A stretch of DNA of 64,000 nt, taken from NCBI GenBank assembly GCA_051294905.1, contig CM119373.1:5520001-5584000 (forward strand), read 5' to 3'. Each line of letters opens with the position of its first letter. The first letter of the stretch is position 1. Shown here one piece after another: positions 1-12,404 of this stretch. The stretch is from Botryllus schlosseri. Taxonomy: Eukaryota. Both the position numbers and the translations under genes were made by a program. The notes under the pieces were generated by a model. The model was given only the letters and a program-made list of their open reading frames with translations. It searched no databases and was not told the origin of the DNA.

Positions 1-9
1 TATATCACG

Positions 10-856
10 ATGACAGCTACTGAAGCTGATCTGAAAGATGCCACAAGGAAGCTTACCTCCAAGATTGAGGCGATGCGAGTCTCGTGTCATGAAAAAAGCG
101 TTGTCAATGAAGCAGTCAGCCAAGTACTGGCACAGCTATTGAAAGATAGTGATTTTAAAGACCTAATTGCCAAATCCACACAGATGGATACGAAAATTGA
201 TTATATTATTGACCAAAACAAGAAAAGAGACAAATAACTTCAAGAAATCAAGGCATCTCAAGACTTCATCAGTTCCGCCTTCGAAGCCCAAAAACAACAA
301 TTCAAGGACCTCGAAGCACAGTATTGCATTCCTCCAGATGGAAAATAAGAAATTGCAACAAGCTATCTCAAATAAAGAAAGACAAATTGACGACCTCGAC
401 CAAATCCAACGGAGCGATACCCTGGAACTCCATGGCGTACCTGTTAAAGAAAATGAAAGATTTGACGAAGAAGTCACTAAAATTGGTGCAGCTCTTGGTA
501 TCTCACTAACATCAGATGACTTGAACTCTGTCTTCAGGCTTCGATCTCAAAATGCAGCTATGAGTGATCGTCCACCTTTGATAATTGCAACATTCCACCT
601 CTTAAAGACCAGGGGACTTTTTCTCGAGAAGCGTGGAGATCTTCGGAAAGTCACGAAACATCCTGAATACAAAAATATATACATCAATGAAAACCTGACA
701 AAATTCCGCAGGATCCTATATGCAAAAGCACGACAAGCTGCTAAAACGTTAACGTACGACTTCTGCTGGACTGCAAATGGGAAAGTATTTATGAAGCGAG
801 ACAATAATACACGCACAATCCTCATTGATTCTCTAGAAAAGCTGAACCAGCTGTGA
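10..856 (+). pseudogene. LINE ORF1 (coiled-coil + RRM/CTD-like), disrupted
   Basis: Frame of ORF 10..237 hits TAA at 235-237 but continues as LQEIKASQDFISSAFEAQ, then shifts near 320 into the 167..856 frame (SIAFLQMENKKL...LNQL). Confidence 0.8.
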
Positions 857-906
857 AAGGCCTGGTGATCATCTCGACTATGTAAGTCACTTTGTCATTG
901 CTCAAA

Positions 907-3900
907 ATGGCTTCCAGCGAAGACCATACAAATGCATATGTGAAAAATTCTGAGCTGCTTTACAACAATATTGAGATTTGCGAAAGTGTTACTTTGGATA
1001 ATTTATCCTACAACTTATCTACCGCTTTTCAAGACTTTGTTATCTGCCACTTCAATATTAGATCTTGGCAAAAACACTATTTATCCCTTCATCAAATTAT
1101 TAGAGACATGAATATTGCTCCCAGTGTAATAGCTTTGTCTGAAACTGCCCTGCGTGACGACCCCTTATTGAATATCAATTTACATGGTTATACGTTCATC
1201 CTCACCACCACAGATACCAAATGTGGCGGAGTTGGTATGTATATGAGAGATGACATTCCCTATTCCCTTGTTGATAAGTATTGCCTGAATCTGGATACAA
1301 TTGAAGAAAAATGGGTAGAGGTTCAAGTTGGCATAGCCAGTGTACCTTCCATTATTGTCGGTGTTATCTACAGACACCCCGTGCCAAACACCTCTGACTT
1401 CAGCTCTGAGCTATCCCACGCCATTGTTGAAATATCTAACTCGAAGTTACCATTTTTCGTGGTCGGAGACATCAATATTGACATGGCATCCAAGAAAAGC
1501 AAAAATACATCAAGTCATCTTGAGAATATCACGGCTACTGGTGCAACACAAATCATTACTAATCCCACCAGATACTGTGACACCACTGCAACCATTATTG
1601 CCCATTGCTACACTAATATAGCACAAGGTTCAATAAAACCATATGTCCTGATTGATGACACTACTGATCATTACCCAATAATAGTTCAATTCAGGCGCCG
1701 TATGCATAAAAACCTTTGGCTTATACGACACTCTCCAGGAATCTGACTCCAGAAAGCATGACTAATATCTACATTTCTACAATCACGTCTGGGACTATTT
1801 TGAAAAGTATGAACCAATGCCTCTGACTGAATTGAATTTTAATCAGCGATTCAACATGTTTATCAATTCAATATTAGAAATAGTTAATGTATACTCACCA
1901 TTGACAGGTTTATCTCGCAAACAGCGTAAATTGAAACGTAAGCCATGGTTAATTCCATCTATCCTCCAATCCATTCGTATAAAGAATAAGATGTATCGTA
2001 CATTATTCCTAAAGGGGAGCCTTGAAGACAAAATAGTCTATAAATCATATGCAAGCAACCTTTCGCGAACTATCACTAAAGCTAAGCAAACATACTACAT
2101 GTCCCTCTTCACACGGTTCAAGGGTGACCCAAAATCTGCCTGGAAGGCAATAAATGGTATAATAAATAGGGGCGATACTTCAGCAACCTATCCAACTCAG
2201 ATTCGTCTCAGTGACGGTAGTTTGACCTCTGACCCCGCCAAGATATCCAACTGCTTTAATAATTACTTCACTTCAATTGGTTCCGTACTAGCTGCAAAGC
2301 TCCCATCTCCTATTATCAATCCAACGACACAAAGTTCCTATACCTTCTCCTGTCCCAACTCTATCTTTTTAGAAGATTGCAATGAGTCAGAAATGATGTG
2401 TAGTATTAGGCTTACCATATTTTGGAAATCAAAAAAGAGGACACTTTATCAGAAATTTGCAACTTGCAAAACCGGAGTAAAATTCTCAAAAACTGGTTAC
2501 TTTTCCTCACCTTGTGATCGGTTGACTCAAAAAAAATAAAATAAAAAAAAAGGTCATCACTTCTGCTCAGAGCTCAAAATAACGTTTTTTACTGCACATT
2601 GCCAGGTGGATGACTAAAAAAAAAAAAAAGGTCATCTTTTCGCTCAGAGCTAAATTCACCGATTTTCACTCCGAAATACCCGCCGGAGCGTCACTTCTGT
2701 GCTAATTTGCGGCATATCACTCGCAATTTGATCTAAATCTGACCTAAATTTTCAAAAAAGAGGACAAATTCTCAAAAAAGAGGACAAAAGGGCGTCCTCC
2801 GAGGACACTTTCAAAATAGTCAAAAAAGAGGACAAATCCTCTTAAAAGAGGACGTATGGTAAGCCTATGTAGTATACACTCGCTTAAAAACGGCAAATCC
2901 TCTGGCGTTGATACGATCCCGGCAAAACTGCTCAAATTCATTGCACCTGCTATTGCCAGACATCTATGCACATTTTTCAACTTTTCAAGCAATCATGGGA
3001 TATTTCCAGACCATCGCAAGCAAGCCAAGGTTGTACCAGTTTACAAAAAGAATGACAGGCTAGAAATTGGAAACTACAGACCAATTTCAGTTTTGAACTC
3101 AATTGCCATTACATTTGAAAGACTACTCTACCGTAGAATCATTGACTTTGTTATGAAAAATTCACTATTATCCGATGAGCAATTCGGTTTTTTAGCCAAT
3201 AGAAGCACTACGCAGGCCCTAGCCGACATGACATCCAGACACTTCATGTCACTTGATAACAGAAAACCAACATGCTGTGTTTTCTTCGATATCAGCAAAG
3301 CATTTGACTCTGTTAGCCACCAGATACTGATTAGAAAACTTGTTCAGTTTGGCATACGTGGTATTGCCTCGAAACTTATATCTGACTACTTGAAAAACCG
3401 ACGACAATGTGTGTATGTCAATAGTACTATCTCAGCTCCATCAACTATAACTTGTGGCGTCGCTCAGGGGTCTGTATTGGGGCCTTTATTATTTCTTATA
3501 TATATCAATGCTGTTAGCAAGGTCTCCTCTCTGAAAACCGTACTATTCGCTGATGATGCCTGTTTCTCAGCATCCTCAACATCCTTGCAGACCTTGCAAG
3601 ACTTGACATCTGATGAAATGACAAAGATCTGTAATTGGATGAGAAGTAATCAACTTTCCATCAACCCCAGCAAACCCAACTTCTCTTATTTAATAATTCC
3701 AATTCACAAAAATACAATCCATTTTCTGTAAGAATCAATCAAACTATCATTAACCCAGCTGATCACGTTCGCTATCTGGGAATTCTTGTCGATTCGAAAT
3801 TGTCATGGAAATCTCGGATCGACTCAGTCACCTCGAAATTGTCAAGGGCTACGGGCATGCTACAACGATTGATATATCTAATGCCACAAAAAGTACTGTG

Positions 3901-4375
3901 CGCAGTGTATTTTGCTATTTTTCAATCTCAGCTTCAATATGCAATAAATATATCGGGACATACAAATGTAACAAACCTTACAAAAATCAAAACTCTCCAG
4001 AACCAGGCTCTTCGTGTCATTAGTAAATTACCTCCCAGGCAACGAATTCTCCCGGAAAATCGAAGTCATGGTATACTCAGAGTTGCCGACCTAATTCAGT
4101 ACGAGACGGCAAAGATGATGCACACCATCTTCCACACAAACAGGGCATACTTTAATTCGCATTTTACAACTTTTGCGAAAACTCATGGTTATGAAACTAG
4201 GCAGGTATCGAGAAACTCTATTTCGCTGCCTCTCCTGTCCCGATCTTCATCCCGCAATAGTTTACAATTTGTCGGTGCGAAAACTTGGAATGATCTCCCT
4301 GCAGAGCTGATACCAATACCGCCATGGCAGTTTAAAAATATATGTATAAATTATCTACTCCAAACGTACTGTTGA
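907..4375 (+). pseudogene. LINE ORF2: apurinic-like endonuclease + reverse transcriptase, broken by frameshifts and a MITE
   Basis: Four ORF pieces (892-1746, 1817-2406, 2876-3731, 3800-4375) are collinear with APE-linker-RT-C-terminal order (HGYETR, KTWNDLP). Conserved residues are decayed (IIAH for IDH, YINA for YIND). Confidence 0.9.
2407..2867. mobile_element. hAT-type MITE inserted in LINE ORF2
   Basis: 13-bp perfect TIR taggcttaccata/tatggtaagccta; 8-bp TSD tgtagtat (2399-2406, 2868-2875); subterminal aaaagaggac repeats. Removing the element and one TSD rejoins EMMCSI-HSLKNGKSSG in frame. Confidence 0.95.
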
Positions 4376-5468
4376 TTTTTTTTCTTTTATACAATGCTTG
4401 TTCTAATGTTATCCTTTATTACACCTTTATTAAAGCTTAATATCGTATCGTTAGTCGTATATTTACTGAATGTTGACTCTACATATGTGTGTGTGATTTA
4501 ATATATAGCCTATGTTTCACGTAATTATTTATGCATCAAACAATCCAAACGGGTGGCGACTGATTCTGAAGGCCTAACGGCCCCTCGTCGTCTCCCAGTC
4601 TATACCGCAATATTTGTTTCGTATACTTCTTTATTTATTGATGTGACGAATAAAAGACTATCTATCTATCTATATCTTCATCAATAGCATGGATAATGGA
4701 CATGCGCTATCAGATTTGCTCAGTAACTGAGTACTTCTACTTTTTCAAAGTAGACAGGTAGTTTCCCACTACTTGAAGTAATTCATCATGTAAATGTAAT
4801 TTACCGCTATATCTAATTCGTAATAATTTGTTATTTACTTACTTTTTTCGGGTAAAAGTGCTATATTCCTCAAATTAGAGCTAAAGACCGAGGAATTATA
4901 GGGCTGGCTTAATGTTGTACCAAGAAGAATTTAATTCACACAACAGCAACTAAACCCAGATTATTTTTTCGCGCCTCGCGCAAAAATTGATACGCAGTGA
5001 CGATCATGTTTTCACACGGTATTTGGTAAATAATTTACGTAGCGGGTTGCGTGGTTCCGTTCACAGCGCATTGTCACCCATATGGCATGATTCAACACAT
5101 CAAATATGGCTCATCACAACGTTTGAAACTGCCGTTTCGCAATCTAGCATCTATTTATCGTAGCATATTCTAGCAGCACTAAGCGTGTCCTGATCTGGAA
5201 TAGTGGTATCTAACTTTTTAAGCGTAAGTCTCAACATTGGTCTGTTTTAGCTTTGAAGCTTTCTGAAAAAAGACATGAAATATGGTGGTGATCCGCAATT
5301 AGGCAATAATTTATTTAATCTGATTAGTTCCGTTGTACAGTATATTGTCTCGTTATCGTTACCTTGTTATTCCATTCTCTTCTGCTCTGCTGCCAGATAT
5401 CTTGCTTATAGCCACATTGGTTACCTTAACTTTAATAAACGTTTAGTCATGTTACGACGACGCAATAG

Positions 5469-5754
5469 AACAGTGACGAGACAGCGCAGTGGTATAATCC
5501 GCGCCTGCAACACCAGTGGGTGCAGGTTCGAGTCCGACCGAGGTCGACTTCCGAATTCCGATACCTAGGTGCTGGAGGTTTATCTTGGCTCCTCCTCGCC
5601 ACCTCATCCGCGACAGCGGTATCGTACAAAAGCCTAGATGTGAGCCGTGCTATAAGTCGGCAGTTACGGAAAAATAAGAATAATATCGGCCTGGTGTAAA
5701 TGACCATAGTAGTCGTCAAACACCATGAATAACCCAAAACAAACATACAAACAT
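5469..5754 (+). mobile_element. tRNA-derived SINE, full length (about 286 bp)
   Basis: Pol III A-box-like agcgcagtggtataa, B-box ggttcgagtcc, caaacata-repeat tail, 8-bp TSD cgcaatag (5461-5468, 5755-5762). Absent at the paralogous site near 48383-48390. Confidence 0.88.
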
Positions 5755-6040
5755 CGCAATAGTCAGTTTTCGACACTAACTGTGGTGCCTGTTTCAAGTT
5801 GGAACATGCAACACAATAAATACATCACTCACGCAGGCCTATCTATGAGAATGCGCAATGCAACTACCTCGAATATACACTGTAGAAAAACAGTAGCTGG
5901 TTGGGTATCAGCAGAAATCCGCAATTTACAATCCTCTTTTAAATACTGCGATACATGATACGTTTTTTCATTTCATCGAATGGCTTAACCAGCGAGACAA
6001 GCAAAATATATCCAAACTGAGAATACATCTGAAACAAATT

Positions 6041-9000
6041 CTAAATCGCGTCTCCATGACAGATGACATTCCTATCAACGATTACGCCACTGGTGGCGTA
6101 CGAATTAGAACTATTGAGAGTGAAAATTACGTCAATTGCGCAATTGCATTGACCGGCTCCGTACAAATGTTCAATTTCAGTTGCGTCCAAAGCTTTATTC
6201 CAAAGTTGAAATCCGGTCATCTCACCAAGGAAGCCATGCGAGCGTTCGGACGATGGGTGATTTTGACCAACAACCAGCACGCCACCTCCTCGTATGCTTT
6301 TCATGCCCGTAAGGTCACGAGTTTTGAGTGTTCCATTAACGTATGACGTAGTCCAAGATGGGTTCATTGAAATGCACATATGAGTTTCATAAATGATTCT
6401 AGGAAGAATGAAAAACATTGGTCGCTGTTCCGGAACTACAACACGCAATGTATTTCCAACCAAATAGACCGTCATGTCGCTATAGCTCTGATTTCCGTTT
6501 ATCCGGTAGCTAAATAGAAAACCATAAACCGGATTGCGATCATGAACCTTCCTCAGCCAAACGCATACAGTAAGTGACGTAATGTTAGGCAATGTATCCG
6601 CGTATTGGACGTAATCCAAATGTCCGGTTCCCGGGAATAGGACTTGAGAGACATTGCATCCTGCAATATTTGCAACAAAATGTTCAAATCGGCTAAATTC
6701 GATTTATTCGTCTAAGTCTTGAAACCAAAATAAATATTATATTTATTTATTTTTCTTCCAAATAATTTCGCTATAACGCCTGCAAGGGAAGGCTGAGGTA
6801 TTGATTGAAATGACGTGTTGTAACAGCTTCTATCTCAAAACGAACTGATGCTGCCGGTGAGAAAGACTAACATAATGGATGTGAACAAAAATTACTTTTA
6901 CGAATGAACACAGGGCAGCAATGTGTTTTAAACGAAATGATATGTTGGATCGATGGCCATGTGTATTAGGGACCACGAGTCCTGCGCATCTGTCAAACGA
7001 CATACATCTCATCACCTGCGACGTTACAATCATTGTCAATAAACCTTTAATTAGTCGTGATCGTATCATTTTGAACCATTTCACATCGAATGGGTTTTGA
7101 TGAAACAAATTGTTTATGCCACCATTGGATATAGATGGCTTTTGGTCTGTTAAACATGAGTAAATTTGTTTCCTGGATATAGTATTGATAAGCTGGAAGT
7201 AGGAATTTTGGACGTTACAAAATTATAAACGCTAATTCAAAATCAGAATTTAATTTCCATCACATATGACTGAAATTACTCCTTCGTTGCAGTTGTAAAG
7301 GTATGTCATGGTAACAAAAAATAAAGAAAAGATGTTGATATCGCAGAAATGATGTCTGCGAACTTTCACGGTGCGCTAACGAGTCGTAACCAGAGTCGCG
7401 AGTCGGATCGTTTTAGCCATTAGAAGTTAGAGTCGCACTTCTCATCCAGTCTCAATTTTGTTACTGAACGAGTTTTGGTACGGATACGGAGTAGCTAGTT
7501 AAAAACTCAACAATTCGTGAATCAGAGCAAAGTCGTGAAGTTCAATTCTGCAGTGTAGGGAGCAGGGTCGGGGTAGCAATTCGAAATCTAACGTGATATC
7601 GGAATCAAGTTACATAGAGATAGATATCTCGAGAATATTAGTGGTTTTAATGGAAGAGACAACATAATTCAATTAGAATGAGATCCGTCAAACTTATCAG
7701 CATCATTATGACCTGAGATCGTAATCCATACTTTTTCCGGGTTTGAGCTTTTTTACTAGAATACCAAATTGCTGCCTAGTTCACAACTCAATCTCCCGAA
7801 CTCAATGTTTGAGGATAATATTTTGTATCACTTCTGGCCTTGTCATACAGTCACTATTTGGATAGCTTACCTGTATGCTCGTAAGCTTTCGAAGTTGTCA
7901 TTGCGTGACTCTTTAATGATGTAGTTTTTGCCACTGTTGTAGTCGTTCTCGTTGTTGTTGTGGGTAATGTTGCTTTTGTTGCTTTTGTTGTGTTTGTTAC
8001 GGGCGTATGTCTTGTTGTTGGTAGTGCAGTTGTTATTGTGCTAGTAGGATTCGCATCTAAATCCCGGATTGTTGTACCCCCTTCTTTATTCGTCACGCGA
8101 GTTTAAACTGACGCTATATTTCCTCCTGCCATTTCAAATACTCTTTCCAGCGCTTGCAAATCCACCGCATCTGCTTAAAATTTTAATCTATTTGAATGAT
8201 TTGATCAATCGATTTTAATCATAATAATAGTATGAGCAATACTCTACGTCCGATCAATAACGGAAAGTTAAGAATTGGTTGAGAAGCAAAAATGAATCAT
8301 TAATATTTATTTAAATTAATCAGGGAGAAATAAACTTAACCAGAAATTAAATATGATTATGTAAGAAACTGACTCACCTGAAATTTCCTGTCAAAAGAAA
8401 ATATAACAACTCACAATACAATTTTAGCGAAAAAGTGAGTATTACCACTTACCACCCCCAATGGGGGTACAAGAAATCGTAACTTACTTCACCACTAGGT
8501 TATATGATTGTGCACAAGGTCAGTTCCGACAAATGGATATGGATGGAGGCAAGATTTCGGGGCCGAACTTGTTAGCCTGATATTCACCCTACGCTATGCT
8601 GGAAATAGGTGCTAAGTGATGTTACTAATGTAGACAACAAGTAAATATATCTTCAATTCTCAAGTTTCTTCAAGTCATTGCTAATTTTTACAAGTCATGT
8701 CACTCGATTTTTAAGGAAAACGAGTAGAGCTAAGTCGAATTTTTATAATACAAGACATTGTAGAAGCAATGAAACCGGATATTACTCAAGCCATTACATT
8801 TGGAAAGAATACTGGCGCTCTTCAGAGGTACTCCTGAGCAACTAGCATAGAAGTGAAAATAATATTGTTTGTCAACAATCGTGTCACCAAACATGACGTC
8901 ACCGCCATGAAATTCAAATATTCGACTATACTTTAGTCCTGTCATTCAGTAAATATAAATAATACCTTCCATGGTGCAAAACTATTGGCAGTATATTCGA

Positions 9001-10443
9001 TATGCCGCTTATAAATAGTATCGATATTACCTAAGATTCGACCTCGACAACTTACTATGGTCATTTGCCTTGTTCCACAGGTAGAAGTTGATACAACGCG
9101 GTCTGTAGAATACTACTCAAATAAGCATTGCTAAATTGAAGAAATCAACGGTATCAAGTAAATTATGTACAATATAATAGGGGTCCAAGAGAGACATCAC
9201 GAAATGGCAGTGAAGTGATTTGTATAACATAACCCCATGAGACTCATTCCTATTACTTTAACGCTGGAGCATACTTTGTTATCCATACTCACAGTATTCA
9301 TTTTATTATTGTAGATACGGAATTTGCTCCATAAAGCGGAAGGTAGATCAATTCCTAACAATTCCTACCTATGATTTGAGTTACTAGCATGACTATACCA
9401 TAGATCAAGCTGTCAAACATACGCCCCGCGGGCCGCATACGGCTTGCCAGACTATTTCATCCGGCCCAGGAAGCACTTTCGAGTAATGAAATATGCTTTT
9501 CTTATTCAGCACATTTCTATCAAAAGTTGATATTTGAATGCGAATGGTCAAACCGATGCATAACGTCTGATGCAAAATATTCACGGCCTCCTTAGAAACC
9601 CGAATGAACCTTAAATAATAATGCAACAAGTCCCACCGTCCGCATTTAGAACCTTGCCTTGCTAGCAAAATATACAAGGAGCGAACCCCACACCACGACT
9701 AAAACAAAGGGAGCATATAAATATATCAACTTATTTCTGCGTCATACGCCGGTTGGCGACACTGTTTCTGCGGTTTATGGCTGTAACTAATCAGTCTCCC
9801 ATCGTAATATTTACAATTTCGTTTTGTGCGACTAAAGTTGTTGCCAGAATAGAGCCCATATTATCCGCAATATAATGTACAATGCATTGGCTTGATAGTT
9901 TATCATTCCCCTGAAAACAAAGGAATGGATTCCGAAGAAAAACTTGGTAATCATTTAACTGATTCGACCCGCCATCAATGAAATGATTTGAATGAGTCCC
10001 GCGATCCAAATTGTGTTTGACACCCCCGACACCAACAGGTTAATTTGAAAGGAAGCACCTTTCAAATATATCCTCTCTCGAGGGAACTTTCACCGCAGTG
10101 CGATTCCATGTAATGAAATTTAGTTGATCAGCTGAATGGAAATCGAGTAACGAATACTCTGACGGTGCGACGATGAAGGATTCCAAATTAACATGTTACA
10201 ATTGGAATTGCGACTGATGATATTATAATGTGAGACGGAAAATGACGATAGGATCAATTGGGTTCTGTCCTATTCCTGTCCATCGGGCGTGATCAGTGAT
10301 AAGAAATTAAACTGTTGGTGTGAAATTATATGCGAATCGTAAGACCATATTAGGCACATAACCTAATATCTATGCAGATCTCACTTACCTCCTAGCCGAA
10401 GTATCAAAAGAGCTAATAACAACTCCGAATGCATGCCTTTCAT
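6041..10443 (-). pseudogene. Pentraxin-domain gene A1 (signal peptide + Thr-rich stalk + PTX) with in-frame nonsense codon
   Basis: Exons 10443-10389 (MKGMHSELLLALLILRLG), 9102-9056, 8387-8378, 8170-7871, 6660-6041. All introns are GT-AG with phases 1,0,1,1. PTX motifs: SLTVCVW, HMCIS, YVNG, GGGVLVVGQ, FQLWNKAL. TAA at 8105-8103 where A2 has GAA. Confidence 0.8.
9406..10028. mobile_element. Old hAT/Charlie-like non-autonomous element in intron 1 of A1 (paralogous copy about 53006-53568)
   Basis: Degenerate TIR caagctgtcaaaca / tgtttgacacccccg with the gcccgcgggcc subterminal motif; no clean TSD. Confidence 0.55.
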
Positions 10444-10506
10444 TTGCAGATTCGAATTGATGGGATAACACGCATCCTTCCAATTTAAAGCGTTCGAATA
10501 TAACGT

Positions 10507-10581
10507 AAGCCTGGATGCCACACGCATGATATTCTCAAAGTTAATTCCGGACGGAAGCCCTCATTTCCTACGATCAATCAT
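10507..10581 (-). promoter_or_regulatory. Conserved upstream blocks shared by A- and B-type pentraxin genes
   Basis: aagcctggatgc, attccgga and tcatttcctacgatca.tcat occur upstream of both A1 and B1 (17524-17600). The first block starts 64 nt from the ATG in both. Confidence 0.55.
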
Positions 10582-10999
10582 AATCTTGCTATGTAATTCG
10601 GAACTATATTAAGGGATATAGTTACTGCGACCTTCATGGATAATTTTCGGGTTGGGATTGAGATGACGTGAATATCAACCACGCACGGTAGATATTAGCA
10701 CGGATTTTTAATAACGGGTTGGAAAGTTGCGGTGATGTGATGCTGTTGATTTTCAGGGGGAATTACCACAATTCAATCCAATGTCACTCTTTCCTAGTCC
10801 CCAAAGACCTTGAGAAAGCGACTTGAGAAAAGCTTGTGTATCCAATGTACACCCAAATCTTTTAACAAATAATTATCCTAGATAAGGGGTTGCCAACCTT
10901 TTTGTTATTCACGGCAGCATTTCGATGAGTTATGTAGCCTGCGGCCGCATTCCAGGACATGGTTCGTAATGAAGAAACTGGACGCCATATACCTATTTT

Positions 11000-11517
11000 T
11001 AGGGCTGGGCAAAATCGAGTACCTGAGTGATTCGATTCTGAATCACGTAATATGCTTCGAGTCGAGTAATCGAATATCACTCATTGTGACGTCATAACAG
11101 AATGGAATACGTCAAAGTTCAAATATGTACCCGTAATGTTTATGCCATCACAGAGGATATAATGCCTGTTATCAATCTCATAAATGATACTTTGGTATTT
11201 TTTCGACCATACCAATTTCATTCCACTTGGTGACAATGTTGTGGGATGATCATGACTTCGGAAATTTGCTACGCCCAGTAACCTTCGTACCTTTGTACTA
11301 TTTTTTTCGTATGCTACGGTACCGCCAATCAAAATTTCAAAGCTTCAACAGTGAAAATTAGTAGCGGAACTATAATTCTCGTTGATAAATTAACTTTTAG
11401 TGGCGAGAACCGTATAATTTCAGTACTCGAAAAAATCATCTTTTACTACTCGACTCGAATCATTAAAATTAATACTCGATTCAGATTCGAGTAGTCGAAT
11501 CATTGTGTCCTGCCCTA
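11000..11517. mobile_element. hAT-type MITE (copy at 54598-55115)
   Basis: TIR tagggctgggca / tgtcctgcccta; 8-bp TSD cctatttt (10992-10999, 11518-11525); tcgagta/tcgaat subterminal repeats. Confidence 0.85.
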
Positions 11518-12404
11518 CCTATTTTACACTGTCCCTGTCCATTTTCGGTGAGCTCCAAACTGATTTCTTTATTCATATCAGCTTTCCATACGAACCAAAA
11601 TCGCTAGTGGTCATGTTATGAAGAGATTCTTGGTTACGTCTTGGTTTAAAATTTTTCAGATTCACGAATTAATTTCGTCGTGAATATTTGTATTTGCACA
11701 TATTCCTTTCAAACATTTATCGTTTCTCAGCTCATGTGATCAGATCCCCCGCGTAGAGTTGATAGAGGGTGGGGGGTGTTTAAAAATACTTTTTTTCCCA
11801 ATTTAATCGGCTTGGTTGTCAAATCGTCCGATTTCCTAAAATAACGTTGCACATCAAATTTGACTCGATTCCAACCACTGGAAGCCGAGGTCAGTCAAAT
11901 TGAAATTTCAGTCATTTTTGAAATAATAGTATTTACGGTGACCAATTTCGTCATACCGACATGACCAAAAATCGTGTTGCATGTATGTCCGAAGAGGCAG
12001 GGATGTCTTTTCGACTTTTTTGAACTTTACAAGGGCCTATGGTGGTGTTTGGATGGAGACATCGCCAGTAAACGAAAAAAAGATATGACACGGATTAGCA
12101 GGAAATTAGTCCACTTCATTGAAATAGACACGGGATAATTTCCCCATAGAGTACTTTACACACCGAAATTACCGACTACGACAAGGAAATGAACTGATAA
12201 TTAGCACGAAAAATACGGTTAAATATATTTCTCAAGTGATAGTCATATCTAGAAGTATTTTCTGTCAGGTCAATTTAGACTTCATGAAATCTTTCCCATT
12301 TATGCAGGGCATTCCGATGTCTCTCTGCCCACTGCCTTACTGCCTTTGTCAATTGCCTATGCCTCCAATCCCCACACACTTCAGCTGGTCAAGAAAGAGT
12401 TGCG

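Larger units (their letters stand above)
10..4673 (+). mobile_element. Near full-length, decayed non-LTR retrotransposon (CR1/L2-group LINE): ORF1 + APE-RT ORF2 + 3' UTR with (CTAT)n tail
   Basis: ORF1 has coiled-coil, LELHGVP and IYINENLT..CWTANGKVFMKR motifs. ORF2 has APE motifs (HFNIRS, IALSET, VIYRHP, VGDINID, TDHYPI) and RT motifs (GNYRPIS, DISKAFDSV, GVAQGSVLGPLLFLIYIN, LFADD). AATAAA and tatctatctatctat lie at about 4649-4673. The 5' end may extend left of the window. Confidence 0.92.

Noticed and set aside
5480..5545. tRNA gene
   Set aside because: A/B boxes are present but there is no acceptor-stem pairing; it is the head of a TSD-flanked, multi-copy SINE.
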